Notes: generated by a model from the sequence alone, not told the origin. A stretch of DNA of 64,000 nucleotides from Anaeromyxobacteraceae bacterium (GCA_047602405.1 JASGHJ010000001.1:512001-576000), one strand, 5' to 3'; shown: positions 19,066 through 28,805, numbered from the stretch's first letter. Made by a program: numbers and translations.

Positions 19066-19110
19066 TTCCCAAGCTGAGGGTCGCCGTTTCGAACCCGGTT
19101 TCCCGCTCCA
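19066..19110 (+). repeat. att copy 3 (tRNA-Gly 3' end, one mismatch)
   Basis: 45 bp matching 2896-2940 except G>T at 19087. Confidence 0.92.
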
Positions 19111-19124
19111 ATCCTGGATGAACC

Positions 19125-19156
19125 GAACGCCCGGTGACCCCGGGCGTTCTTTCGTT
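19125..19156 (+). terminator. Intrinsic terminator, probably the original tRNA terminator
   Basis: gaacgcccgg-tgacc-ccgggcgttc followed by tttcgtt. Confidence 0.7.
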
Positions 19157-19271
19157 CGGCCCCTGCACGAGGATCACGCGCGAATCGTCGCAGGTAAGGC
19201 TCGACCGGCTGACCTCCTATTCGCTTGACCCACTTTGAGCGAATCCTCGAAATGGACTCCGAGGGGAAACG

Positions 19272-19784
19272 ATGGAAGGCAGAGGCATCAGATCGTGGCC
19301 TGCCGGCGCGGGGATGCTGCCGTCGGTCAGAGGGGTCTCGACGCTGCTCGTCGTTGCCCTCGCGCTGGCGTCCCAGGCTTGCTCGGAGGACTCCACCCCG
19401 TCCCCGCGGACGCCCGGCCCGGCGGAGCTGAGGCTCACCGTCCCGAGCTCCGTCGCGCTGGAGGCGGGGTGCAGCCTCGCCCCGCAGCTGGAGCGGTCCG
19501 GCGACAACCTGGGCTGCGGCTCGGCGTGCCAAGACGATGCCACCACGTGCGTCGTGTGGTGCCCTCGGCAGACCGGCTTGGTCAGCGACACGCCCCACGA
19601 CCTCCGACTCGTGTACGTCGTCGGATTGCAGGAGGTGGCCCAGGCCGTGCTCGGCGCAGTGACCCTGGAGACCGGAGTGAACCGCCTCACCGTTCCCCTC
19701 GAGCAGGTCGTCTTGACCGACTCCGACGGGGACGGCACGCCAGACGTGTACGCGCTCTGCCCCTGGAATCGGGCAGCCCCGTGA
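19272..19784 (+). CDS. Hypothetical lipoprotein
   Basis: Lipobox-like LASQAC; terminal DSDGDGTPD Ca-binding-like motif; may be truncated. Confidence 0.55.
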   Translation: MEGRGIRSWPAGAGMLPSVRGVSTLLVVALALASQACSEDSTPSPRTPGPAELRLTVPSSVALEAGCSLAPQLERSGDNLGCGSACQDDATTCVVWCPRQTGLVSDTPHDLRLVYVVGLQEVAQAVLGAVTLETGVNRLTVPLEQVVLTDSDGDGTPDVYALCPWNRAAP

Positions 19785-19909
19785 CGTCCGGCTGGAGAGG
19801 CGCAGCGGGCGACGAGGGCCGGCGCAGACGTCTGCGCGGTGAGCTGCCACCTGGGACCCTGGCCGTCGGAAGGGCGGTGGCCGGCCTCCGGTGCGATTAG
19901 ACCTGGCAC

Positions 19910-20458
19910 GTGCCCCGCTCCGTCGAGACCCGCCCCGAGCTCCTCGCGAAGGCGTGGGCCTTGCCGGTGGCGGCGAGGTACGCCCCGCTGAGATCGCAGG
20001 GCTTCCGCGCGGTGTGCGGGCCCACCAGCGTCACCAACGTGCTCCGCTCCCTCGGACACGACCGCGGCGCCAACCCGCTCCGCGGCTTCGGCCTGCGCGC
20101 GATGAGCCTCGAGCAGGTGGTGCGCGAGGGCGGCGAGGTGATGCCGCCGGGCTGGACGGCGGCGGTGGTCCGCCCCTCGAGCGTCGCTGCCCTCCGGGAC
20201 GAGCTCCGCACGTCGAACGATCCCCGCCGGCGCTTCATCGCCAACTTCTCCCGGGCCCCGCTGTTCGGCCGGGGCGGTGGGCATCACTCACCCGTGGGCG
20301 GCTACCTCGAGGCCGAGGACCTCGCCTTCGTGCTGGACGTGAACTCGAGCTTCGGGCCCTGGCTGGTCCCGACCGAGCTCTTGCACCAGGCGATGAGCTC
20401 CGTCGACCGCGGCGACGGCCGCGCCCGCGGCCTGGCCCGGTTCGAGGCGGGTGGGTGA
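19910..20458 (+). CDS. Phytochelatin synthase-like papain-fold protein, probably 5'-shortened
   Basis: CGPTS (Cys), NFSR..LFG.GGGHHSPVGGY (His), VLDVN (Asp). Confidence 0.75.
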   Translation: MPRSVETRPELLAKAWALPVAARYAPLRSQGFRAVCGPTSVTNVLRSLGHDRGANPLRGFGLRAMSLEQVVREGGEVMPPGWTAAVVRPSSVAALRDELRTSNDPRRRFIANFSRAPLFGRGGGHHSPVGGYLEAEDLAFVLDVNSSFGPWLVPTELLHQAMSSVDRGDGRARGLARFEAGG

Positions 20459-20554
20459 GGCTGACCGCCGCGGACTGTCGGCCCCACATGCGATCTCCAC
20501 TCAGGGTCCGCGAGCCCGCACCAGGGCCGAGCCGCGGGCCGAAGGGAGCGCGCC

Positions 20555-21001
20555 ATGCAGCGAGGAGAGGACGTCATCCACGTGATCGCGACCGTCCCCC
20601 GGAGGTTCGGCGGCGGTTCGGAGGGGATGTGGGGCGAGCGCGTCGGAGCCGATCGCGTCCGCTTGCGGAACACGCCCTTCTCGGTCCCGGGGCTGAGCTA
20701 CAACGACGTCGTGTTCACCGAGCGGCGCAAGGGCATCCTCAGGATCGCCGGCGTCTCCCTGCGCGGCGGGCACTCGACCTACTGGATCCTGACCTGCGCG
20801 GGCGCTTCCTGGGAGGCCCTGTGGGCCCGGTTGAGGGCGCTCGGATGCTCCTACGAGAGCACGCGGGTCGGTGACGACCGGGTCTGCCTGGCGGCGGACG
20901 TCCCTCCGCACGCGCAGATCGACGACGTGCTCGCGCTGCTCGACGAGGGCGTCGCCGAGGGGATCTGGGAGTACGAGGAGGGCCACCGCGAGCATCCGTG
21001 A
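20555..21001 (+). CDS. DUF4265-like protein
   Basis: EGMW......RLRNTPF...GLSYNDVV...GGHSTY...LGC.YE...W.YEE. Confidence 0.75.
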   Translation: MQRGEDVIHVIATVPRRFGGGSEGMWGERVGADRVRLRNTPFSVPGLSYNDVVFTERRKGILRIAGVSLRGGHSTYWILTCAGASWEALWARLRALGCSYESTRVGDDRVCLAADVPPHAQIDDVLALLDEGVAEGIWEYEEGHREHP

Positions 21002-21042
21002 AAGAACACACAGGTGCGACCTGGCGTGGAAAGCTCCCGCGC

Positions 21043-21463
21043 ATGCCCCCTGCGTTCACCGACCCCGCCGCCCGCCCCACGCCGAAGGCCATCGCGAGCG
21101 CGCTCGGGCGCGCCGCGTCGACCTGGACGGAGCCTCTTCGATCGCCTGCGCGCCGAGGTCCCCGGCCTCGAGGAGACCTGGCGCTACTTCCCCGACGGGA
21201 AAAGCTGGCTCCTCAAGGTCGACCGCAAGGGCAAGACCGTGTGCTGGGTCTCGGTGGAGCGCGGCCAGTTCAAGGTCGCGTTCTACTTCGCCGCCCGGCT
21301 CGACGCTGCGTTGCTCGAGAGCGATCTCTCCGCAGCGTGCAAGGCGGCCATCCGGGACGGGAAGCCGGCCGGCAAGCTCCGACCGGTGCCGGTGACCTTC
21401 GGGCCGCGGCGGGGGTTGGAGGACGTGCTGACGCTCGTGCGGCTCAAGGCGACGCTGAAGTGA
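21043..21463 (+). pseudogene. DUF3788-like protein with a frameshift near 21130
   Basis: MPPAFTDP..PT...I..ALG...W continues in another frame as LFDRL...WRYFPDGKSWLLKV..KGKTVCW. Confidence 0.6.
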
Positions 21464-21514
21464 GGCGATCCCTTGCCGCCCTCGATCCACCGTGCCACCG
21501 TCGGTCCGACCGGC

Positions 21515-22837
21515 ATGCGCATCCTGCTCATCCACACGCAGCACGCGATCCAGCGGCTCGGCACCGGGGTGTACGGCAAGTACCTGCGCTACGCGCCGAT
21601 CACCATGCCGACCCTGGCCGCGCTCGTGCCGCCGGAGCTGGGCGCCGAGGTGCGGGTGGTGGACGAGATGGTCGAGGCGGTCGACCTCGACGCGAAGGCC
21701 GACCTCGTCGGCCTCACCGCGATCACGAGCGCCGCCCCGCGCGCGTACGAGCTCGCGCGCCACTTCCGCGCCCGCGGCGCGAAGGTGGTGCTGGGCGGCG
21801 TCCACGCGACGCTCATGCCGGACGAGGCGTCCGAGCACGTGGACGTGGTGGTCCAAGGCTACGCCGAGGAGACCTGGCCCCGGCTCCTGCGCGACTTCCA
21901 CGCGGGCCGCCTCCAGCGCCGGTACGTCCACGACCGGAGCGTGCCGCTCGAGCGGATCGCCACGCCGGACCGCAGCCACATCAAGGCCTCGCGCTACGTC
22001 GCGTCGAACACCGTGGAGATGAGCCGCGGCTGCAACCGGCGCTGCCACTACTGCGTCACCCACCGGCTCAACGAGGGCTACGTCCGGCGCGACCCCGAGG
22101 CGGTGCTGAACGAGATCCGCCGGCTGCCGGGGCGCCTCGTCACCTTCCTCGACCCGAACGTCTTCGGCGACCACGCCCACGCCCGCGCGCTGTTCACGGG
22201 CCTCAAGGAGCTCGAGAAGCGCTGGGTCGGCTGCGTCACCGCCGACGTCGCGCGCCACCCCGAGCTCCTCGACCTCCTCGTGGAGAGCGGCGCGCGCGGC
22301 TTCCTCGTCGGCTTCGAGTCGCTCTCGCAGGAGGCCCTCGACGGCTCGAACAAGGCCTTCAACCACGTGGACGAGTACCTCTCGGCCATCGAGCGCTTCC
22401 ACGCGAAGGGCGTGATGGTGCAGGGGAGCTTCATGTTCGGCTTCGACGCCGACGACGCCGGCGTCTTCGACCGCACCGTGGACTTCATCCTGCGCGCGCG
22501 CATCGAGCTGCCGCAGTTCACGGTCTACACGCCCTTCCCCGGCACGCCGGCCTTCGACACCCTCGACGCCGCCGGCCGGATCCTGACCCGGGACTGGTCC
22601 CGCTACGACGGTCACCAGGTGGTCTTCCGGCCCGCGCGCATGACCCCGGCCGAGCTCGCCGATGGGGTGCGCCACGCCTGGCGCCGCGCCTACGCGCTCC
22701 CCTCGATCGCGCGGCGCCTCGCCTCGCCACCCTGGCGCTACAAGCCCGTCGCGCTCCTCTCCAACCTCAACTTCCGCCGCTTCATGCGCAGGGTCCACGC
22801 GCTGCCCGCCGCCGCCACGCCCGGCTTCTCCGGATGA
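21515..22837 (+). CDS. B12-binding-domain radical SAM protein
   Basis: DLVGLT, VVLGGVHAT..PDE (B12 domain); SRGCNRRCHYC; VGFES; TPFPGT. Confidence 0.92.
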   Translation: MRILLIHTQHAIQRLGTGVYGKYLRYAPITMPTLAALVPPELGAEVRVVDEMVEAVDLDAKADLVGLTAITSAAPRAYELARHFRARGAKVVLGGVHATLMPDEASEHVDVVVQGYAEETWPRLLRDFHAGRLQRRYVHDRSVPLERIATPDRSHIKASRYVASNTVEMSRGCNRRCHYCVTHRLNEGYVRRDPEAVLNEIRRLPGRLVTFLDPNVFGDHAHARALFTGLKELEKRWVGCVTADVARHPELLDLLVESGARGFLVGFESLSQEALDGSNKAFNHVDEYLSAIERFHAKGVMVQGSFMFGFDADDAGVFDRTVDFILRARIELPQFTVYTPFPGTPAFDTLDAAGRILTRDWSRYDGHQVVFRPARMTPAELADGVRHAWRRAYALPSIARRLASPPWRYKPVALLSNLNFRRFMRRVHALPAAATPGFSG

Positions 22838-22840
22838 CCC

Positions 22841-25057
22841 ATGGCCCGGCCCGCGCCCCACCTCCGCCGCCCGTCGCGCCGCGCGCTGCGGTGGCTGGCC
22901 TGGCAGCTCCACCGGCTCCACCGGCAGGCCGTGCGCCACCCGCGGGCCACGCTCCTCGCCGCGGGCCTCCTCGTCGCGGTGACCGCCGCCGGGCTGCCCC
23001 GCACGCGGGTCCACCTCTCCATCCGCGAGCTCGCCGATCCGGCGCTGCCCTCGCTCGCGTGGTCGTCCGCGGAGGAGGCCTCGTTCGGCGCCGGGTACCA
23101 GCTCGTCCTCTTCTTCGCCCCGCGACCGCCGCGGGAGCGCCTCGACGCCGCGGACCTCGCCGCCATCCGCGCGTGGGTGACGGCCGAGCGGGCCCGCAAC
23201 CCCGAGATCCTGCGCGCGGCGTCGCCGTTCGACGCCGTCCGGGCGGAGCGCGACGCGACCGGGCGGCTCCGGCTCGTCCCGGCGCTGGCCGCGGACACGC
23301 CGGAGGCGCTGCGCGCGCTCGCCGCCGGCCCCTGGGGCGGGCTCCTCACGGACCGCGAGGGGCGGGACGTGGCGGTCGACTTCACCCTGCGTGCCGCACC
23401 TGGCGGCTCGCGGTTCGGCCGGTTCGACCCGTCGGTGGTCGCGCCCATCGAGCGGCGCTGCCGGGACGAGCTCCTCGCCGCGCACCCCGGGGTCGCGCTG
23501 CACCTCGGCGGCACCGCCGCGTTCGATCACTTCGCCCTGCGCGGTCTCGCGCGCTTCCAGGTCCTCAACGCGGCGGTGCTGGTCCTGCTGATCGTCGTCA
23601 TGCGGGTGCTCTTCGGCACCTGGAGGAGCGGCCTCCTCCTCGCGGCCTCGATCCTGTTCGCCGGCCTCGTGGTCCAGGGCGCGATGGCGCTCGCCGGCGT
23701 GCCGATGGACCTCCTCTCCACCGGCCTCTTCCTCATGCTCTCGGTGGCCGGGGTGGAGGACTTCGTCTTCCTCTCCCACGAGCGCCTGGTGCACCGGACG
23801 CGCTGGCGCGCCGCGTTCCGCCGCCTGCTCCTGCCCGGCTTCCTCACCTCGGCCACCACCATCATCGGCTTCGGCAGCCTCTGCACCTCCGAGCTCCAGC
23901 TCGTGCGCAGGTTCGGGTTCTGGGGGGCCCTCGGCGCGGGGCTCGAGTGGGCGGCCACCTTCCTCGTGCTGCCCGCCCTGCTCGCGCTCGCGCCGCGCTG
24001 GCGCGACTGGACCGAGCCGGCGCGGGCCCTCGGCGCGGGCGCCTGGACGCGGGTCGCCGCCTGGCGGCTGCCGCGCCCGGTGGCGCTCGCCGCGCTCTCG
24101 GCGCTCGCCCTCGCGGCGGCGGCCTCGGGCCACCTCACCTACGCCGACTCCCCGGCCGGCATGTTCCCCGCCGGCCACCCGTTCCGCGCGGGGCTCGAGT
24201 ACGCGGAGGCGACGCGCGGCTGGGTGGGGCAGCTCGACCTGGTCTTCCCGGAGGACGCGAGCCACGCCGACGTGGAGCGGATGGCGTCGATGCTCGGGAA
24301 GGACCCGGCGGTGGCGCGGGTGGTGGACCCGGCCTCCTTGCAGCGCGACCTCACCGGCGGCGACCCGCTCGCGCTCTACGAGCTCGCGGCGGAGCGGGAG
24401 AAGGTCGGCGGGGCGGCGCAGACGTTCACCGCGGCCGATGGCCGGCTGCGCGCGTCGGTCCTCCTGCGCGAGGCCGACCTCCTCACGCTCCAGGGCCTGC
24501 GCGACCGCATCGCGGCCCTCTTCCCCGCGGGCGACGGCTTCCCCGCGGGCGACCTCGTGACCTACGCCGACGTCGGCAGCGCGGTGCCCCGCACGCTCCT
24601 CTTCAGCCTGCTCACGTGCCTCGCGCTCGTGGGGCTCCTCGTGGCCGGGCTCTTCCACGCCCTCGCGCGGCCGGGCGCGCCGTGGGCCGTGCTCGCCTCG
24701 TTCTGGGGGCCTTCGCTCGTGCTGCTGGCCCTGTGGGGCCTGCGGGTGCCCATCAACTTCGTGTCGGTCTCGTTCGCCTCGGTGCTGGTGGGGCTCACCG
24801 GCGACAACGCCGTGCAGTTCGCCTGCGCGTCCGGCACCGGCCGCGCCCCGCTCGCGCGCGGCATCGCCCGCCGCGCCGGGGCCGCCACGCTCGTGGTGGT
24901 GCTGATGGGGCTCGGCGCCCTCACCTTCCTCGGCTCGGCGTTCCTCCCGCCGCGGCTGCTCGGGCTCCTGCTCGCGGGCGGCCTCGTGGCGGCGCTCGTG
25001 GGCGACGTCTCGATCCTGGGGGCGCTGGTGCGACCGGGCCGCGGCGAGGATCGCTGA
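22841..25057 (+). CDS. MMPL/RND-family membrane transporter
   Basis: Two TM bundles separated by periplasmic loops; FLTSATTIIGFGSL; GLTGDNAVQF. Confidence 0.8.
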   Translation: MARPAPHLRRPSRRALRWLAWQLHRLHRQAVRHPRATLLAAGLLVAVTAAGLPRTRVHLSIRELADPALPSLAWSSAEEASFGAGYQLVLFFAPRPPRERLDAADLAAIRAWVTAERARNPEILRAASPFDAVRAERDATGRLRLVPALAADTPEALRALAAGPWGGLLTDREGRDVAVDFTLRAAPGGSRFGRFDPSVVAPIERRCRDELLAAHPGVALHLGGTAAFDHFALRGLARFQVLNAAVLVLLIVVMRVLFGTWRSGLLLAASILFAGLVVQGAMALAGVPMDLLSTGLFLMLSVAGVEDFVFLSHERLVHRTRWRAAFRRLLLPGFLTSATTIIGFGSLCTSELQLVRRFGFWGALGAGLEWAATFLVLPALLALAPRWRDWTEPARALGAGAWTRVAAWRLPRPVALAALSALALAAAASGHLTYADSPAGMFPAGHPFRAGLEYAEATRGWVGQLDLVFPEDASHADVERMASMLGKDPAVARVVDPASLQRDLTGGDPLALYELAAEREKVGGAAQTFTAADGRLRASVLLREADLLTLQGLRDRIAALFPAGDGFPAGDLVTYADVGSAVPRTLLFSLLTCLALVGLLVAGLFHALARPGAPWAVLASFWGPSLVLLALWGLRVPINFVSVSFASVLVGLTGDNAVQFACASGTGRAPLARGIARRAGAATLVVVLMGLGALTFLGSAFLPPRLLGLLLAGGLVAALVGDVSILGALVRPGRGEDR

Positions 25058-25065
25058 CGGGCGGG

Positions 25066-25932
25066 TCACTCCCGCTCGCACGCCCACGGCGCCCTGCGCC
25101 AGGCGCCGATGCTCTCCCGACGCGCGGGCTGCACGCAGGTCCGGCCGCGCTTCGTCTTCGCGGCCCGGTAGAGCCCGTCCTTCGGGAAGACGGCCTGGAA
25201 CGCCTCGGCGCTCGGGAAGATCCTCTCCCAGTTTCGCCGCCGGATCGTGCGCGCGGCGTCCACGGCGGTGACGATGCGGCCGCCGCGGACGCGCACCGCG
25301 AGCACCGGGTTGAGCGGCCGCGGGTCGCCGTCCACGGAGACGAGCACGTCGCCGTCGGGCAGGTGCAGGCGGTCCTCCACCGAGCGGATCAGCTCCCCGT
25401 GAGCGACCTCGCGGCTCCCTGCCGGCTGGTACCAGAGGACCCCGTCGCCGCGCTCCACGAAGTCGCCCTCGGGGCCGAGGCGCCGGAGGTCGAGCACGGC
25501 GTGGCGTGCCACGTCGTAGAGCACCCCCACCTCCACGTCCTCCTGGGGGCGCCCGCTCGTGCGGAGGAAGAGGAGCAGGCGCGCGCCGCCGACCGGGACC
25601 GCGTCCACGACCCCGCAGATCGGGCCGGGCTCCCACTCGCGCGGCAGCTTGCCGCGCGGGTCCAGCATCCACCAGGCGGCCGGGAACCGGCCGGGCCAGC
25701 GAGCCTGCACCGGCCTGCGCCCCCGCTGCTCGAAGGTGAGGAGCATGTCGTCCTCCTCCGGGAACCCGGTCGGCGACGGCAGCGTGAGCTGGAAGGTGCG
25801 GCCCGCGAACCTGCAGGTGTCCTCGTCCACGATGGTCGGGGCGGGGAGCGCGCCGTGCGGGCGGTAGTGCGGGCCCGGCTCGTGGGGGCCTGCCTGGGCG
25901 AGCGCGAGGGCGGTGAGCGCCGCGGCGAGCAC
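25066..25932 (-). CDS. Hypothetical secreted protein
   Basis: Signal-like VLAAALTALALAQA; host-like codon usage. Confidence 0.6.
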   Translation of the reverse strand: MLAAALTALALAQAGPHEPGPHYRPHGALPAPTIVDEDTCRFAGRTFQLTLPSPTGFPEEDDMLLTFEQRGRRPVQARWPGRFPAAWWMLDPRGKLPREWEPGPICGVVDAVPVGGARLLLFLRTSGRPQEDVEVGVLYDVARHAVLDLRRLGPEGDFVERGDGVLWYQPAGSREVAHGELIRSVEDRLHLPDGDVLVSVDGDPRPLNPVLAVRVRGGRIVTAVDAARTIRRRNWERIFPSAEAFQAVFPKDGLYRAAKTKRGRTCVQPARRESIGAWRRAPWACERE

Positions 25933-26217
25933 GGCGCGACCATAGCCCTTCGTGCAGGGCTCCGCACGAAACCGTACACACGCCCCGGCGGGCCTCACCC
26001 GGTCGTACGGCGGGCTTCACACGGCGTGACGACGCGCCGCGGCTCCCGGCGGCGTTCGACGCGGCGAGGCGTACGCGGACGTTCATTGCCTGAGAGTGAA
26101 TGAGCGCTTCGCGCCGCGCACCCGCCCCACCCGGCGAGCGCGTCGGCCGCCGCCCGCCCCTAGGAACGCCGCGCGGCCTCGGGTCGCGTCCAGCGACCGC
26201 GCCGCAAAGGGGGCACC

Positions 26218-27762
26218 ATGCACTTCAGGTGGATCGTCGCGACGGGCCTGCTCCTGGGCACGGGCGTGGAGGCGCGGGCGGGCGACACGGGCGGAGGGCT
26301 GTGGCTGTCCGCCGGGCAGGACCTCGGCAACACGCGGAACCAGGGGACGGAGCGCACCCTCTCCGTCGCCACCGTGGGCGGACTCCAGGTGAAGTGGGCG
26401 TTCACCACGGCCGGCGACGTCTCGGCGACCCCCTCGGTGGACGGCGCGCGGGTCTACTTCCCGGACTGGGCCGGGTGGCTCTACGCGGTGGACCGGCGCA
26501 CCGGCCAGGAGCTGTGGCGCGCGTCGATCCCGCAGGCGTCGGGCGTCCCCGGCGACAAGGCGCGGGCGTCGCCGCTCGTCGCCGGCGGCAAGGTGATCGT
26601 CGGCACGCAGGGGCCGTTCGGCGGCGGCGGGAAGCTCCTCGCCTTCGAGAAGGACACCGGCCTCCTGGTCTGGTCGACGGTCGTCGAGAACCACCCCGCC
26701 GCGATCATCACCCAGTCGGCGAGCGCGTTCGACGGGCGCGTCTACGTGGGGGTGGCCTCGCAGGAGGAGGCCCTCGCGGCGCAGGCCATCTCCGGCGGGT
26801 TCTACCCGTGCTGCAGCTTCCGGGGCAGCGTCGCCGCGGTCGACCTCGAGACGGGCGCGCTCCTGTGGAAGACGTACATGGTGCCCCCGGGCTACAGCGG
26901 CGGCGCGGTGTGGGGCAGCGCGCCCGCGATCGACGTGCGGCGCGGGCAGGTGTACATCGCGACGGGCAACAACTACACGGTCCCGCCGCCGGTCCAGGCG
27001 TGCGTCGCCGCGAACCCCTCCAGCCCGGGCGGCTGCATCGCGGCCGACGATCTCTTCGACTCGGTCGTGGCGCTCGATCTCCTCACCGGCGCGGTGCGGT
27101 GGGCGACCCGCGCCATCCCCTTCGACGCGTGGACGGTCGACTGCCTGCCGTTCTTCGGCGACGGTGACAACTGCCCGCAGCCCGCCGGACCCGACTACGA
27201 CTTCGGCCAGGCCCCCGCGCTCTTCACGACCCAGCGCGGCGCCCAGGTCGTCGGCGCCGGCCAGAAGAGCGGCCAGTACTGGGCGATGAGCCCGGACACG
27301 GGCCAGGTGCTCTGGGTGACGCAGGCCGGCCCCGGGGGCACCGCCGGCGGCCTGCAGTGGGGCTCCGCCGTCGACGGCCGCCGCGTCTACACGGCGAACG
27401 CCAACTCGAACCTCGTCCCCTGGACGCTGCCCGGCGGCGCCACGGTGGTCTCGGGCGTCTGGAGCGGGCTCGACGCCGCGACCGGGGCGATCCTCTGGCA
27501 GGCGGTGCCGCCGTTCGGCGGCGGGACCTCCGGCCCGGTCACGACCGCGAACGGCGTCGTGTTCGGGTGCTCGCTGGACGCCCTCGGCCACATGTACGCG
27601 CTCGACGGCGCCACGGGCGCGATCCTCTGGTCCTTCGCGAGCGGCGGCTCCTGCCTCTCCGGCGCCGCGATCTCGAACGGAGATCTGTTCTGGGGGTCCG
27701 GCTACAGCAACTTCGGCTTCGGGACCCCGAACCACAAGCTCTACGCCTTCACGGTCCGCTGA
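26218..27762 (+). CDS. Secreted PQQ-binding beta-propeller (polyvinyl-alcohol dehydrogenase-like)
   Basis: Repeated YAVD..TG...W; CCSFRGSV; GGAVW; DYDFG; GQKSG. Confidence 0.88.
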   Translation: MHFRWIVATGLLLGTGVEARAGDTGGGLWLSAGQDLGNTRNQGTERTLSVATVGGLQVKWAFTTAGDVSATPSVDGARVYFPDWAGWLYAVDRRTGQELWRASIPQASGVPGDKARASPLVAGGKVIVGTQGPFGGGGKLLAFEKDTGLLVWSTVVENHPAAIITQSASAFDGRVYVGVASQEEALAAQAISGGFYPCCSFRGSVAAVDLETGALLWKTYMVPPGYSGGAVWGSAPAIDVRRGQVYIATGNNYTVPPPVQACVAANPSSPGGCIAADDLFDSVVALDLLTGAVRWATRAIPFDAWTVDCLPFFGDGDNCPQPAGPDYDFGQAPALFTTQRGAQVVGAGQKSGQYWAMSPDTGQVLWVTQAGPGGTAGGLQWGSAVDGRRVYTANANSNLVPWTLPGGATVVSGVWSGLDAATGAILWQAVPPFGGGTSGPVTTANGVVFGCSLDALGHMYALDGATGAILWSFASGGSCLSGAAISNGDLFWGSGYSNFGFGTPNHKLYAFTVR

Positions 27763-27803
27763 CGCACGGTCGGCCCACGCCGGGTGGCGTGGGCCGGCCC
27801 GGT

Positions 27804-28805
27804 TCACAGGTGGGCGTTCGCCACCGGGAGCCAGCGCAGGCCCGGCGGGTTGTTGCCCGCGTAGTTGAGGAGCCCGAGCTGCACGCCCTCGAGGTGCGCG
27901 GCGTAGTTGAGGATGCCGATCGCCACGCCGCGCTGCTCGCCCAGGATCCGGTTGAAGGCGCTCACCGAGACGCCGGTCATCCTGCCCTGCGGCTCGACGT
28001 GCAGGTACGCGGGCGCGAGGAAGATCCCGGTGAGGTCGACGCCCCCGACCGCGAGCGCCGCCGCGACCCCGCGGATCCGCGGCGCGCCGAGCCCGAGCCC
28101 CGCCACCGCGATCCCGTCGAGGCCGCCGCCGGCCCCGAGCCCGAGCAGCGCGACGCCGATCCCGCGCAGGCTCCCGCCCGCGCCGGCGCCGAGGCCGCCC
28201 AAGAGGAGGCCGTTCACGTCGCCCCCGGTCCCGGCGCCGACGCCGCCCGCGAGGATGCCGTTCACGTCGCCGCCGGTGCCCGCGCCGACGAGGCCGAGCA
28301 CGGCCCCGGTGGCGCCGCCACCCGCGCCCACGCCGACGCCCGAGACGAAGATCCCGTTGAGCCGGCCGCCGGCGCCCACGCCGAGGAGGCCGAGGCCGAG
28401 GCCGTCGAAGTCGCCCGCGGTGCCGACGCCGAGGAGCCCGACGCCGAGGCCGCGCACCGTGCCCGCGCCGCCGAGCGGCAGCCCGAGGACGAGCCCGGTC
28501 ACCGCGCCGCCCTCGTCGGCGTGCTCGTCGTGGCCCGGGTACGGCGTCCAGACCGTCGCGCTCACGCCGTGGACGACGTACGGGGCGGCGTCCCGGAAGT
28601 TGAGGCGCAGCCCGTCGACGTGGCGGGTGTTGCCGATCCCGAGGCCGACGTCGTGGAAGGTGAGGTCGAGGCTCCAGGGCGCCGTCTCGGCGGTGGGCGC
28701 CGGCGCGGGGCCCGGGGGCGAGGGCTCCACGGCGGGCGCGGCGGCCGGAGCGGAGGCCTGCCCGGCGAGGGCGACGAGGACGAGGGGTGCGAGCGCGGGG
28801 TGCAT
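27804..28805 (-). CDS. Glycine-rich repeat surface protein (LA_2272-like)
   Basis: Signal peptide, ~15-aa G-rich repeats, C-terminal GVQLGLLNYA...LPVAN. Confidence 0.7.
   Translation of the reverse strand: MHPALAPLVLVALAGQASAPAAAPAVEPSPPGPAPAPTAETAPWSLDLTFHDVGLGIGNTRHVDGLRLNFRDAAPYVVHGVSATVWTPYPGHDEHADEGGAVTGLVLGLPLGGAGTVRGLGVGLLGVGTAGDFDGLGLGLLGVGAGGRLNGIFVSGVGVGAGGGATGAVLGLVGAGTGGDVNGILAGGVGAGTGGDVNGLLLGGLGAGAGGSLRGIGVALLGLGAGGGLDGIAVAGLGLGAPRIRGVAAALAVGGVDLTGIFLAPAYLHVEPQGRMTGVSVSAFNRILGEQRGVAIGILNYAAHLEGVQLGLLNYAGNNPPGLRWLPVANAHL

Larger units (their letters stand above)
15975..19110. mobile_element. Islet 2: integrase-less element between att copies 2 and 3
   Basis: Bounded by tRNA 3'-end repeats; carries a TA pair and two nucleotidyltransferases. 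Confidence 0.75.

Noticed and set aside
15975..19110. Additional tRNA-Gly genes at 15975 and 19066
   Set aside because: Only the 3' ~45 nt are present, with no 5' acceptor strand or D-arm; these are att duplications
20998..26103. Very long ORFs (1701 aa and 1676 aa; also 48960-54587, 50441-54466 and similar)
   Set aside because: Arg/Pro/Ala-rich shadow frames of GC-rich genes that overlap well-supported CDSs
27950..28510. Tandem DNA repeats as a non-coding array
   Set aside because: Explained by glycine-rich protein repeats of the surface protein
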